Below are positions 49,080 through 58,893 of a stretch of 64,000 nt of DNA, one piece after another (positions within the stretch are counted from its first letter, which is position 1; each line of letters begins with the position of its first letter). Location: the IMG/VR virus record IMGVR_UViG_3300032007_000010; one strand, given 5' to 3'. Position numbers and translations under genes: made by a program. The notes under the pieces were generated by a model. That model was not told where the DNA came from and ran no database searches. It saw only the letters and a list, made by a program, of their open reading frames with translations. Source of the DNA: a virus (taxonomy: Duplodnaviria; Caudoviricetes).

Positions 49080-49487
49080 GTTTATCCTCCTTTTCGATGG
49101 AATTTTGGGATGGTGTTGGCACATCCCCGTCTGGTCTGGGAACTGTTTTTGTGCGCACGAATCGAAGTCGTGGCCATTTCATACCTCCTATCTCGTAAAA
49201 ATTGTAAGAAAAACGCCCCCGGAAACGGGGGTAATGAAGGTTTTTATCTGACCGTAGGGTTTTTGGCAGAAAATCTAATACCACACATTTTGGCAGAGAT
49301 TTTCACATTGCCTTACCGCAGGTAATGACCTCTCGGGTCATAACCCTCATTTCATCATGATTTCCTGAAGCGTTCTCTTATTATTCTGTTCGGTATTTCA
49401 ATTTGTACGAGACGGGAAAGGGCCCCGGGTTGATGATGCTCAGCCCGGGACCCGGTTGTGTTCCCAGTATCGACCTAGGCTCGTTGA

Positions 49488-51080
49488 TCAGGTAATGGTC
49501 TCGAACCACAGGCCGTTGGTCTGCTGGTTGGTGGGCTCGCTGGCCGCGAAGGACGCCTCGACGAAGCCGAGCGCGGTGATGTCGCTGGCGACGACGGCGG
49601 TGGTGCCAGAGACGTGGCCGGTGCCATCGACCGTGACCTTGTAGAAGCCGTTGGTCTTGGCGGTGTAGGTCGGATGCGTGTAGGGAGTGGCCCACTCGCC
49701 GGCGCCATTCAGGAACTTGCCCTGATCGCCCTTCGCAGGAGCAGGAACGAGACCCTTGGTGCCCGCCGCGCTCGCGGAGGCCGCACCCATGGTGTCCATG
49801 TCACTCTTGATCTGGGCAACGGTGACCACATCGCTGGTCGTGCCGTCGATGGTCTTCGTGATCTTCTTGTTGGTGCCGTCGTAGGCAACCGTGGAGACGG
49901 TGGCGGACTTGTCAGCCTTGTCGGCGATGTCGCTGGCCTGCAGGAAGGTCTCGAAGGTGCCGGCCTGGCTCAGAGCCTTGCTCGTGGTGGCGCCATCGAA
50001 GGCGACGCTGGCACGGGCGACCTTGTTGCCGTCGGAGGCATCGATGATGGCGAGCTTGTCACCGTTGGCGATGGTCGCATCGCTGGCGATCGCACCATCG
50101 TTGGTGATGTTGCCATGGGTGTGGCTCAGAGGAGTACGAGCGTCGCTGAGGCGAGGATCGTTCTCGAGGATTGCGGTGGCACCCTTTCTGAGGGTGACGG
50201 TGTGACCACTGACATCGATATCGGTCACGACATTACCGGTGTCGGTGGCGGGGGTGGTACCCTTGGAGAGCTCGGCCTCGTCCTGCCAGGTGGCCTGGGC
50301 GCCGTTGACGCTCTTCAGGACCTTGCCGGTGGCGGTGGCGGCGGGAACATGCTTCGTGTCATCGATGCTATGCGCATAGGCGGCGGCACCGCGATCACCA
50401 CGATAGGCGGTGGACTCGGTCTCGCCGAGGGCCAGGCTCGCGCTGATCTCGACATAGTCGCTGCCGCCCCAACGATAGGTCAGGTTGGTGTCCTTGGTGA
50501 CATAGATCTTGCCGCTCTCGCCGGTGGCGGGGAAAGCAGCACGATTCGCAAACTCGAGTACGTCGTCGACGTAGCTGGGCAGCTGGCTGGAGGGAACCTT
50601 GCCGGTGTTGTCGAGCTCCGCGAGACCATTGTTGGCGCCCTTGAGGCTGGTCTCGAGCTTGTTATCGAGCTGGGTCTGGATGCTGGAGGTGACACCGGCC
50701 ACGTAGCCGATCTCGGTGGCGGTCACGCCGGAGTCGGCGACGGCGCCGCTGGCATTGGTGATCAGGGCCTTGCCCTTGATGGTGTCGGAGACCAGATCGC
50801 TCAGATCGTGGTTGTGCTCGGCCGCAGCGAAGTCAGCAGCCTTCTTGCCGGAATCGGCCAGGTCGCCGGCGGAGGTGAGACTCGCGAAGTTGCCGGACGT
50901 GGCGCTGGTAACCTTGTTGGCACTGTTGGTCTCGAGCACGCTCAGCGCAGACTCGACTGTGCCATTGGCCGCACCACCCACGGTGTAGCGAAGAACTTCG
51001 CTGGCCTGGGTTTCGAGGTGCAGTACGTCATACTGACCTTCGGTGTTCTTTCTGCGAAGACGATATTTCAGAATGGCCAT
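49488..51080 (-). CDS. Tail fibre protein
   Basis: NGLAELDNTGKVPSSQLPSYVDDVLE..FPATGESGKIYV...YRWGGS.YVEIS and DPRLSDARTP fibre-type motifs; shared N-terminal module. Confidence 0.8.
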   Translation of the reverse strand: MAILKYRLRRKNTEGQYDVLHLETQASEVLRYTVGGAANGTVESALSVLETNSANKVTSATSGNFASLTSAGDLADSGKKAADFAAAEHNHDLSDLVSDTIKGKALITNASGAVADSGVTATEIGYVAGVTSSIQTQLDNKLETSLKGANNGLAELDNTGKVPSSQLPSYVDDVLEFANRAAFPATGESGKIYVTKDTNLTYRWGGSDYVEISASLALGETESTAYRGDRGAAAYAHSIDDTKHVPAATATGKVLKSVNGAQATWQDEAELSKGTTPATDTGNVVTDIDVSGHTVTLRKGATAILENDPRLSDARTPLSHTHGNITNDGAIASDATIANGDKLAIIDASDGNKVARASVAFDGATTSKALSQAGTFETFLQASDIADKADKSATVSTVAYDGTNKKITKTIDGTTSDVVTVAQIKSDMDTMGAASASAAGTKGLVPAPAKGDQGKFLNGAGEWATPYTHPTYTAKTNGFYKVTVDGTGHVSGTTAVVASDITALGFVEASFAASEPTNQQTNGLWFETIT

Positions 51081-51145
51081 GCTTGGTATTCCTCCTTAAT
51101 AGAATGGATTCATGAATCTTTGTCTGGAAGATGATGACGAGAGGG

Positions 51146-51838
51146 TTAGCCCTCGGCATCCGTGATGGGCATGGCCCAGTAGTCGCCGACGGTCTGATCG
51201 GTTGGCGCCTCATCGGATTGCACAATCTGCTGATGACCGCCGCCGTTCTGGGACCATTGTCCCCATGCGGTGTAGCCGGTGCCTGCGACGTATTCATCAC
51301 CGCAGCGCTGATAGTAAATCGTGTTTGCATCCGCGAAGGCGAGCTGGATAGGCCTGTAGTCGGTTGCCGGTACCACCGAGGAAGTCTCATCGATGCTGTC
51401 ATTTTTGATGGCAGCGTCCTGGACCATGGTGAGCACGAAGCAATAGTCTCCCGCGAAGGATGACTCTTCGCCGAGGCCCACGATGCTGCGCTTCTTGAGC
51501 TCCAGCGTGAGTCCCTGTCCATATTCGCAGGGTGAAAGATTCTTGTCGACGTTGATGAGAATGTTGTGGAGACCGGCCACCTTGGAACCGATCACATTGC
51601 CATCGCCGTCGAGCACGGGGATGAGTCCAGTATCCTCGTCCTCCGAAGGCTCGAGCACTGCCTTCTCCAGATCCTGCACCAGAGAAGCCATTTCTTTGAG
51701 TTTGAAGGGAAGATCGGACAGATCACCGAGTGCCTCGGAAATATCATCGAACTGACCCGTAAGTTCGTTGATTTTCCTAAAGTTCTCCGCCACCTGCTTA
51801 AAGGTTGAGGGATTCATTGTGGACGTTTGATCGCTCAT
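51146..51838 (-). CDS. Hypothetical tail-associated protein
   Basis: aaaggagg RBS; upstream of the fibre gene; AACAttgataTAATG at 51869-51883. Confidence 0.7.
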   Translation of the reverse strand: MSDQTSTMNPSTFKQVAENFRKINELTGQFDDISEALGDLSDLPFKLKEMASLVQDLEKAVLEPSEDEDTGLIPVLDGDGNVIGSKVAGLHNILINVDKNLSPCEYGQGLTLELKKRSIVGLGEESSFAGDYCFVLTMVQDAAIKNDSIDETSSVVPATDYRPIQLAFADANTIYYQRCGDEYVAGTGYTAWGQWSQNGGGHQQIVQSDEAPTDQTVGDYWAMPITDAEG

Positions 51839-51915
51839 AACAGAGATTTTGACCTCCTTTCTCTATCACATTATATCAATGTTGCTGGATCGAGTTTTGC
51901 CTCGACATGATTATA

Positions 51916-52086
51916 AGCGGTCGTTTCCGTTGTTGTTTTGCACGTGCGGGGCGTGCGGAACACAAGCCGTGACAGAACGAAACATCAGAGGACCAGTGCA
52001 GCAATCTTCATGTCATCCTCCCAAGATATAATACCATTCTTCGACGATTCCTTCCATCATCTCTTGTCCGGACGGAAGCGACCGCT
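51916..52086 (+). ncRNA. Candidate structured RNA or long 5' leader of the lysin gene
   Basis: 15-bp closing stem 51916-51930/52072-52086 (one G-U pair) starting at the promoter motif 51904-51917. Confidence 0.35.
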
Positions 52087-52168
52087 GTTATTTGATATGC
52101 CCGATCGGCGGCGTGCTCCGGTGCGTCGCCGCTTTGCCATGAACAAATCTCAGAAAGGAGGGCAAACC

Positions 52169-54322
52169 ATGGCCAAGAACTACCGTGCCATAGTGGTTGC
52201 CAACGAACTCGCCGATGTGGGTGTGCTCGGTGGAAAACACAGTGGCGATGATATCTACATCAAATACTACAACAAGCGCAACGGTACGACCTTCAATGTC
52301 GATGATACTCCGTGGTGCGCCATCTTCCAGTCCCACCACCTGCGCAAGGCAGGGGTTCCAACCTCGGTGTGCCCGGACTTTGCATCCTGCACAACCCTGC
52401 GCGATGGATGGCTCATTCCGAAGGGAATCTGGAAGCTACGCAGCTCCGGCTATGTGCCCAAGCCCGGTGATCTGATCATGTTCAACTGGAACAAGGTCAT
52501 GACCAAGGTGCAGCACGTCGGCATGGTCGAGAAGGTGGTCGGATCGACGGTGTACACCATCGAGGGCAACTCCAAGAACGGATATCCGGACGCGGGCGTG
52601 CGGCACAAATCCTATGCACTGAACAGCGCCTACATCGTTGGCTACGGCGCACTCAACTACGAAGGTGCCATCACCAACTCCGCCGGCTATGACAATGGGA
52701 AGCTCAGCAACGCCCAGGTCAAGGAGATGCAAATATACTATGGTCTCACCGTTGATGGTTACTGGGGACCCAACTCCAAAAAGACCACCGGCCTCTCCGC
52801 CGACGATGCCTGGACGAAGTATCAGGCCTCGAAGACATCGACCGCGATCAGCTATGCGGTCGGTGCCGACAACGAGCACACGATCTTCAACTTCCTGACC
52901 CAGGCGATGGGACTCAGCGTGGCCGCGGCCTGTGGTGCGCTGGCAAACATCGCCAACGAATCCAATTTCAATCCGAATGCCAGCGGCGATGGTGGTACGA
53001 GCTACGGCATTTGCCAATGGCACAATTCACGCTTTGACAATCTCAAGAAATTCGCATCCGCCGCCGGCAAGGACCACCGCACCCTGGACACCCAGCTTCG
53101 GTTCCTGAAGACCGAGCTCGAGGGTTCCTATTCAAAGGTGCTCGACGGGATGAGATCAGCATCGAACGACTCCAACGGCGCATATTCATCCGGATATATC
53201 TGGTGTGAGAAATTCGAGATCCCGTCGGATACCACGAAGACCGCAAACGCTCGCGGCTTGCTGGCCAAGAACACCTACTGGCCGAAATATACCAAAAGTG
53301 TCACATCATCCTCAGATTCTCCCACGCCAACCAATGTGGCCCAGGAGAGTCCTTTCGGAGTCATCAAGACCGGAAAACAGCTCGCCGAGGCCCTCACGAA
53401 GATCGCCAAGGGATACAAGACGCTGTATGTGTCCGGTTGCTTCGGTGCGCCCATGACCACCGCAAACAAGGCGCGCTACAGCACAAACAACAGCTACAAC
53501 AAACAGGCCGCACGGACGAAGCTCATCCTCGCCGCGTCGGCCGACACCTTCGGCTTCGACTGTGTCTGTCTCATCAAGGGTGTGCTCTGGGGTTGGAACG
53601 GAGATGTCTCCGATACCTACGGCGGTGCTCGCTACGGTTCGAACGGAGTCCAGGACATCGGCGAAGATCAGATGTTTGGCCTGTGCACCGATGTCTCCGA
53701 AAACTTCAACAGCATCGAATTGGGTGAGCTCCTGTGGATGAGTGGACATGTTGGTGTCTACATCGGCGATGGTCTCGCGGTAGAGTGTACCCCATCATGG
53801 AAGAACGGCGTGCAGATCACCGCGGTGAATCGAACCAAGATCGGCTACAATCGTCGCAACTGGACCAAACATGGCAAACTACCATACGTGAACTATGGAA
53901 CAACGACAGGAACCGTGAAGTATGCGAACATGGTCAGAGAGTTCCAGAAATGGATCAATGCCAACTTCAGCATCGGAGACAAGCTCTCCGTGGACGGAGA
54001 CTTTGGTCCGAAGACACGCAGAGCCGCTATCATGGCGATCCAGAAGACCCTCAACACCGACCACGGCAAGAAACTCACCGTCGACGGTTCCTTCGGCATG
54101 CTCACGCGCATGGCCTTCCCGACCCTCAGGTTCGGTTCCAAGGGCAAGCTTGTGTATCTGGCCCAGGGTCTACTCTATGCCAACGGCTACGATCCCAACG
54201 GTTTTGATGGTTCCTTCGGAAGTGGATGTCAGGCCGCGGTGTCCAGCTATTGCAGGGCCAAGAACCTCGCGGCCACGGGCACCCTCACCGGAACAACCAT
54301 GCAACATCTCTGCAACGACTGA
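52169..54322 (+). CDS. Multi-catalytic peptidoglycan hydrolase: CHAP, phage-tail-lysozyme-like, NlpC/P60-like and PG-binding domains
   Basis: PWCAIF...HVGMV...TIEGN; NIANESNFNP...YGICQW; FDCVCLIKG...GHVGVY; VDG.FG..T repeats; aaaggagg RBS before ATG 52169. Confidence 0.85.
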   Translation: MAKNYRAIVVANELADVGVLGGKHSGDDIYIKYYNKRNGTTFNVDDTPWCAIFQSHHLRKAGVPTSVCPDFASCTTLRDGWLIPKGIWKLRSSGYVPKPGDLIMFNWNKVMTKVQHVGMVEKVVGSTVYTIEGNSKNGYPDAGVRHKSYALNSAYIVGYGALNYEGAITNSAGYDNGKLSNAQVKEMQIYYGLTVDGYWGPNSKKTTGLSADDAWTKYQASKTSTAISYAVGADNEHTIFNFLTQAMGLSVAAACGALANIANESNFNPNASGDGGTSYGICQWHNSRFDNLKKFASAAGKDHRTLDTQLRFLKTELEGSYSKVLDGMRSASNDSNGAYSSGYIWCEKFEIPSDTTKTANARGLLAKNTYWPKYTKSVTSSSDSPTPTNVAQESPFGVIKTGKQLAEALTKIAKGYKTLYVSGCFGAPMTTANKARYSTNNSYNKQAARTKLILAASADTFGFDCVCLIKGVLWGWNGDVSDTYGGARYGSNGVQDIGEDQMFGLCTDVSENFNSIELGELLWMSGHVGVYIGDGLAVECTPSWKNGVQITAVNRTKIGYNRRNWTKHGKLPYVNYGTTTGTVKYANMVREFQKWINANFSIGDKLSVDGDFGPKTRRAAIMAIQKTLNTDHGKKLTVDGSFGMLTRMAFPTLRFGSKGKLVYLAQGLLYANGYDPNGFDGSFGSGCQAAVSSYCRAKNLAATGTLTGTTMQHLCND

Positions 54323-54458
54323 CATGAAAACGGGAGACCATGATGGGTCTCCCGTTTCTAATCTCAATGTGGAATGAACTATATATTATAATGGTGATGG
54401 AACGGAGAGATACAAGAACTCTGTTCCATCAATTCTATTTCCCAGAAAGGAGGGTATC

Positions 54459-54965
54459 ATGGGTATCTGGGAACTAAACCGTCGCATCCTGGAGATGTAT
54501 AACTCGTGCAGCTATGCCGACTTCGAGAGTCTGATGGATGATCTGGTCAAAGCGGATCGAGGGGTCAACATCGCAAGATTCTTCCGATCACGTTGGTATC
54601 TCTGGAACTGGATCAGACCGAGGGACTTCTATAAAATGATGGCCCGCTACATCGTCGAAAAGGTTGGATCACACGAGTTCGATCGTGCGGAGTTCATGCT
54701 GAATCTGATCCTCGAGGATCAGAGAGTCCCGGAGAAGGTGAAACAGACCTTCGTCTGGGGGATCACCAAACAGATTCCGCTGATCACGATGGGAACGCTG
54801 CGCTACATGTCGGCCGAACGCATACACAACATGCTCACCGGCCATAAAGAGATCGTTTCCGATGAGTTTCTCCGCCCGGTGCTGATGGTTATTCTGTCCT
54901 ACCGCGATAGACTCGCGGAACTACAATCCAGAGGAGGAACAACCATTGAAGACAATGATCTATGA
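54459..54965 (+). CDS. Hypothetical protein
   Basis: RBS; follows ctatatattata at 54379. Confidence 0.75.
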   Translation: MGIWELNRRILEMYNSCSYADFESLMDDLVKADRGVNIARFFRSRWYLWNWIRPRDFYKMMARYIVEKVGSHEFDRAEFMLNLILEDQRVPEKVKQTFVWGITKQIPLITMGTLRYMSAERIHNMLTGHKEIVSDEFLRPVLMVILSYRDRLAELQSRGGTTIEDNDL

Positions 54966-56889
54966 GCGTACATTCATTCGATTCTTTCGGGAATGTCTCG
55001 CTCAGGTGGATTCGAAGATTCCGCTCCAGGAGCGAGTATTCTTCGTCGGCATTTCAGCATCCAACCTCATGGAGTCGCTAACCACACGCTATCCAATGGC
55101 GGTGAAGGAGCTCAAGCACGGAGATCTCGAGAGTTATCAGCGTGACATCGGTGAATTCTATGCGCAGATCGTCAAGACCTGGAACAAGTTCAATCAGAGA
55201 TACGAACTGATCAAGCCGGTCGACGAGCTCAAGAAAGGGGCAGGTGAGTGGGTGCGCAAAACATTCAAGAAGGATGTGTTCCCTGCGCTCCAGCCCATGA
55301 CCGTTGACAAGGGCAAGGATCTGAATCTGCGTCCGGGTCTCTATCTTATCGTGACCACCGAGGATACGAAGAAGGATCGCCGGATGGTCAACTACATAGA
55401 GATACCGAAGAAGCTCCCGCGCCACATCGTCGTCGACGACAAGCATTTCGCAGTCGACGTGGTGGATCTGATCCAGAACAACCTCGAGTTCATGTTCAAG
55501 GATCGTCGCATCGTCTCGAGCTATCCGATCATCATCAATCGCTCCGCCGAGATACAGCTCAGCCAGCTCTCCGATCTCGATCCGTTGGATCAGGTTCGGG
55601 CAACGCTCAAGGAGCGGGAGAAATCATGGATCTCCACGCTCGAGGTGGGCACCACCGACAAGAAGGAGCTCAAGCGACTCAAGAATCTCATCAACATTTC
55701 CCCGGACACGGTGATTCTCGCGTCCAAGCATGATATCGGTCTCGCCGCGCTCAAGGATATCCCGAGCGAGGTGTTCCGGGACAAGGATCGTTCGCGCAAG
55801 GCGAGGATCTACAAGACCTGGCCCAAGGATGACCTGTTCGCCCACATCAAGAAACAGGACCGTCTCGCGGCGCATCCCTACGAGAGCTATCAGCACAGCT
55901 TCGTGCGATTCCTGGAGCTGGCTTCGACCGATCCGGACGTGGTGTCCATCAAGATAAGCCTCTATCGCGTCTCGGACAATTCGAAGATCATCAACGCGCT
56001 TTTGACCGCCGCCGACAAAGGCAAGTCGGTGACCGTGCTGATAGAACTCAAGGCGCGCTTCGATGAGCAGCACAACATCGAGATCGCCAATCTCCTCGAA
56101 TCCGGTGGCGTGCGTGTTGCCTTCACCGATCCGAACATGAAGACCCATGCCAAGCTCTGCCTTGTCACGCGGCGCGAGAAGAAGGGACTGGTGACCTACT
56201 GTCAGGTCGGCACCGGAAACTATTCCGAGACCAATTCTAAACAGTACACCGACTATTCGTACTTCACCGCCAACAAGGACATGGCATACGATCTCACGCG
56301 CTTCTTCGATCTCCTGACCTCGAACCAGGGAACCTTCAAATCCCGCAAGGTGGTCTATGCACCATACAACATGCGCGAAACCATCGACGAAGAGATCGAC
56401 ACCGAGATCAAGAAGGCCAGGGCCGGGAAGGTTGCCAGGATTGTTATCAAGTGCAATGGGCTCACCGACGAATCCCTGGCGAAGCATCTGGAGAAGGCGG
56501 CGGACAGCGGTGTCAGGGTCCAGCTCATCATCCGAGGCGCCTGCATCATCGGTTCCCGCAGAAACCTGACGGTGAAGTCCATCGTCGGATTTCACCTCGA
56601 GCATTCCCGGATCTATCAGTTCGGAAAGGGTGATCGAGCTCGCATATACATCGGTTCCGCCGATGCGATGCGTCGGAACCTGTCCATGCGCCACGAGCTG
56701 CTCATCCTCGTGGAACAGAAGGATATCCGCGAGAGACTCATGAAGCATCTCGGGTGGTATCTCGACGACAACCAACTCTCCTGGAAGATCCTCAAGGACT
56801 ATGGTCTCGAACGCATCGAACCGAAGGATGGGGAGAAGAAGATCAACGTGCAGGAAAAAATGGCTCAGGAAGCCAAGGAGGAAAACTAA
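54946..56889 (+). CDS. ppk1: Polyphosphate kinase 1
   Basis: HPYESY, IKISLYR, ELKARFDE, KTHAK (phospho-His), GTGNY, EHSRIY and GSADAMRRNL motifs. Confidence 0.92.
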   Translation: MKTMIYERTFIRFFRECLAQVDSKIPLQERVFFVGISASNLMESLTTRYPMAVKELKHGDLESYQRDIGEFYAQIVKTWNKFNQRYELIKPVDELKKGAGEWVRKTFKKDVFPALQPMTVDKGKDLNLRPGLYLIVTTEDTKKDRRMVNYIEIPKKLPRHIVVDDKHFAVDVVDLIQNNLEFMFKDRRIVSSYPIIINRSAEIQLSQLSDLDPLDQVRATLKEREKSWISTLEVGTTDKKELKRLKNLINISPDTVILASKHDIGLAALKDIPSEVFRDKDRSRKARIYKTWPKDDLFAHIKKQDRLAAHPYESYQHSFVRFLELASTDPDVVSIKISLYRVSDNSKIINALLTAADKGKSVTVLIELKARFDEQHNIEIANLLESGGVRVAFTDPNMKTHAKLCLVTRREKKGLVTYCQVGTGNYSETNSKQYTDYSYFTANKDMAYDLTRFFDLLTSNQGTFKSRKVVYAPYNMRETIDEEIDTEIKKARAGKVARIVIKCNGLTDESLAKHLEKAADSGVRVQLIIRGACIIGSRRNLTVKSIVGFHLEHSRIYQFGKGDRARIYIGSADAMRRNLSMRHELLILVEQKDIRERLMKHLGWYLDDNQLSWKILKDYGLERIEPKDGEKKINVQEKMAQEAKEEN

Positions 56890-56890
56890 A

Positions 56891-57490
56891 ATGATCATAC
56901 TATATCAGAATGAAATCATCAAATCCATCGACTCGGCCATCGCCCTGGTTTGCCAGGACATCGGGAATATCCACGAGATGACGCTGGACATCGCCAAGGA
57001 TGTGATCTCCCGAAGCCATGCCAACGATGATCTTGTCCAGCGCCTGGCCACCGGAATTCGCCTCGGATTCGAGGAGATCCGGGGATCCATCGTGGATCCC
57101 CTCGGTGGTCCGTTCGGAACCTTCGATTTCGATTCGCTGCAGAGCCCGGAGCTGCGGAACATTCTGAGGCAGAACCTCGACAAGGGACGCTATCTCCCGC
57201 TTTTGATCGGTCTCAAGGAAACGGACGTGAACAAGCAGATGGGGATCGCGGCACTCTTCACCATGTGCGGTGCGCACGAGAAACACATGCTCATCACCAT
57301 GAATCTCCCCGAGCTCTATGCGCAGTCCAAGGGTTGCTCGGATCCGGAGCTTCCGGAGGACGGCATGACACACTTCCTGTTCCCGCTCATGTTCGTGCGA
57401 AAGGGCGGCGGCTATCTGCCCGTCACGCTCTTCGACGACAAGGCCATCAGTGTCACCTTCCTGCGACCCGCGGGAGGCGAAAACGGATGA
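56891..57490 (+). CDS. Hypothetical protein
   Basis: ATG immediately after the ppk1 stop. Confidence 0.7.
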   Translation: MIILYQNEIIKSIDSAIALVCQDIGNIHEMTLDIAKDVISRSHANDDLVQRLATGIRLGFEEIRGSIVDPLGGPFGTFDFDSLQSPELRNILRQNLDKGRYLPLLIGLKETDVNKQMGIAALFTMCGAHEKHMLITMNLPELYAQSKGCSDPELPEDGMTHFLFPLMFVRKGGGYLPVTLFDDKAISVTFLRPAGGENG

Positions 57491-57999
57491 GGATCTTATA
57501 TAACCTCGATGAACTCCCCAGCGTAACCACACATCTCATGGCCGTGTGTATGGATCCATCTCGGGAACTCGCCGAACGGGTGATGGATCACATCTTCGCA
57601 GCCGCGTCGCTACCATTCGAGGAACGATGCACTCGAGAACACATGAAGGATCTGTGGGACTGGGTATTGCCGAGGAGACATGACTGGATCAGTATTGAGG
57701 CTGGTCGTGTCAAACCCTCACGCGACAAAGGTGTTGATCCGGATGAGTATGGTGCCATAGCCTGCGCGTTGCCTGGACGAGAACAGAGCGGATCCATGTT
57801 CTCCACCACGGCGCTCATCATCGCCACCGCGCGCTACCGCGACAACACAAATCATCACATTGCCATGCTGTGGCATCCAAGAAACACATCAACCTTCGAG
57901 AAACTCGCCGTGCTCCTGCCAGATAGAGATAGGGAAGACAAGCTGGTGTTGAGGGGTACCACGGGAATCTCGGAGAGTCGCACCATCTGGAGTTTCTGA
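57487..57999 (+). CDS. Hypothetical protein
   Basis: ATGA overlap with the upstream gene. Confidence 0.7.
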   Translation: MRILYNLDELPSVTTHLMAVCMDPSRELAERVMDHIFAAASLPFEERCTREHMKDLWDWVLPRRHDWISIEAGRVKPSRDKGVDPDEYGAIACALPGREQSGSMFSTTALIIATARYRDNTNHHIAMLWHPRNTSTFEKLAVLLPDRDREDKLVLRGTTGISESRTIWSF

Positions 58000-58081
58000 G
58001 GAGCGGGGATTATTCCCGCTCCTTTTTACGGTGAACAAATATATAAATCTGCGCCGTTTACAGAAGGTGGTGATTAGCAAG

Positions 58082-58537
58082 ATGAATACGGCAGAACTCA
58101 CGGTTAACCTTAGCAGCATTCTAAGTATTCTCACTTCTATCGCGCTCATGGGCCTCGGTTGGTACTACGCTCACCAGAAGTCCAAGAGCGATGAGCTCAA
58201 GAAGCTCGAAAAGAAGAACGAAGAGAAGAAAAACAAGGAGCTCACCGAGAAGCTGAACAATGCCATCGATCGCATCAACGAAGTGAGCGAGAATGCCGAG
58301 ACCACAAAGGATACGCTGGACTCATTGGCTAGGGATCTTGCGGAGGTTGAGAAACTGAGCAAGCTCAATGGTCAGTACACGCATGAGCTGGCGCAACTTG
58401 TGACGACACTCTCGGAGGGTCTTCGTGACAATCATCTCGATGGCAATATCACCAGGGCGGTGGAGCGCTATCGCGCCTTCGAATCGAAGGCCATGGAATC
58501 CTTTGTCACCGGAGAATATCTTCACAGCTCTCACTGA
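58082..58537 (+). CDS. Single-TM plus coiled-coil membrane protein (holin-like candidate)
   Basis: Hydrophobic LSSILSILTSIALMGLGWYYA followed by a charged coiled coil; late-type motif at 58034. Confidence 0.5.
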   Translation: MNTAELTVNLSSILSILTSIALMGLGWYYAHQKSKSDELKKLEKKNEEKKNKELTEKLNNAIDRINEVSENAETTKDTLDSLARDLAEVEKLSKLNGQYTHELAQLVTTLSEGLRDNHLDGNITRAVERYRAFESKAMESFVTGEYLHSSH

Positions 58538-58893
58538 ATTATCCAGATAACATCCATGATCATGGGTATTATCCCACAGACTGTAATAGGCGAAGATTTG
58601 TTAATGCCAGAAAATGTGTCCAAAAAGATTGCTCCCCGGAATATCCGGGGAGCATCTCTTTTATATACGATGGTGGACCTGGTGTGGTCGGATTCACACC
58701 CCGCGATCATCATGCTCACAGAACGCCTGTGCTGCGTGGGGCCATACACCAAAGCCCGAGAGCAGATGTCAATATCAGACCAGCAGACCTGTTACCATCG
58801 ATTGGCAGGTGACCAGAAGATGAATACGGTATAGATATGTTCAACGAAGATCGACACAACCGAAATCCAAACAATGAAAGGAAGTGATCGGTC

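Noticed and set aside
51938-52168. N-terminal extension of the lysin given by the ORF track (likewise 23900-24049, 20616-20762, 49080-49124)
   Set aside because: Strong RBS sequences sit at the downstream starts, and the extensions overlap promoters or hairpins and look non-coding.
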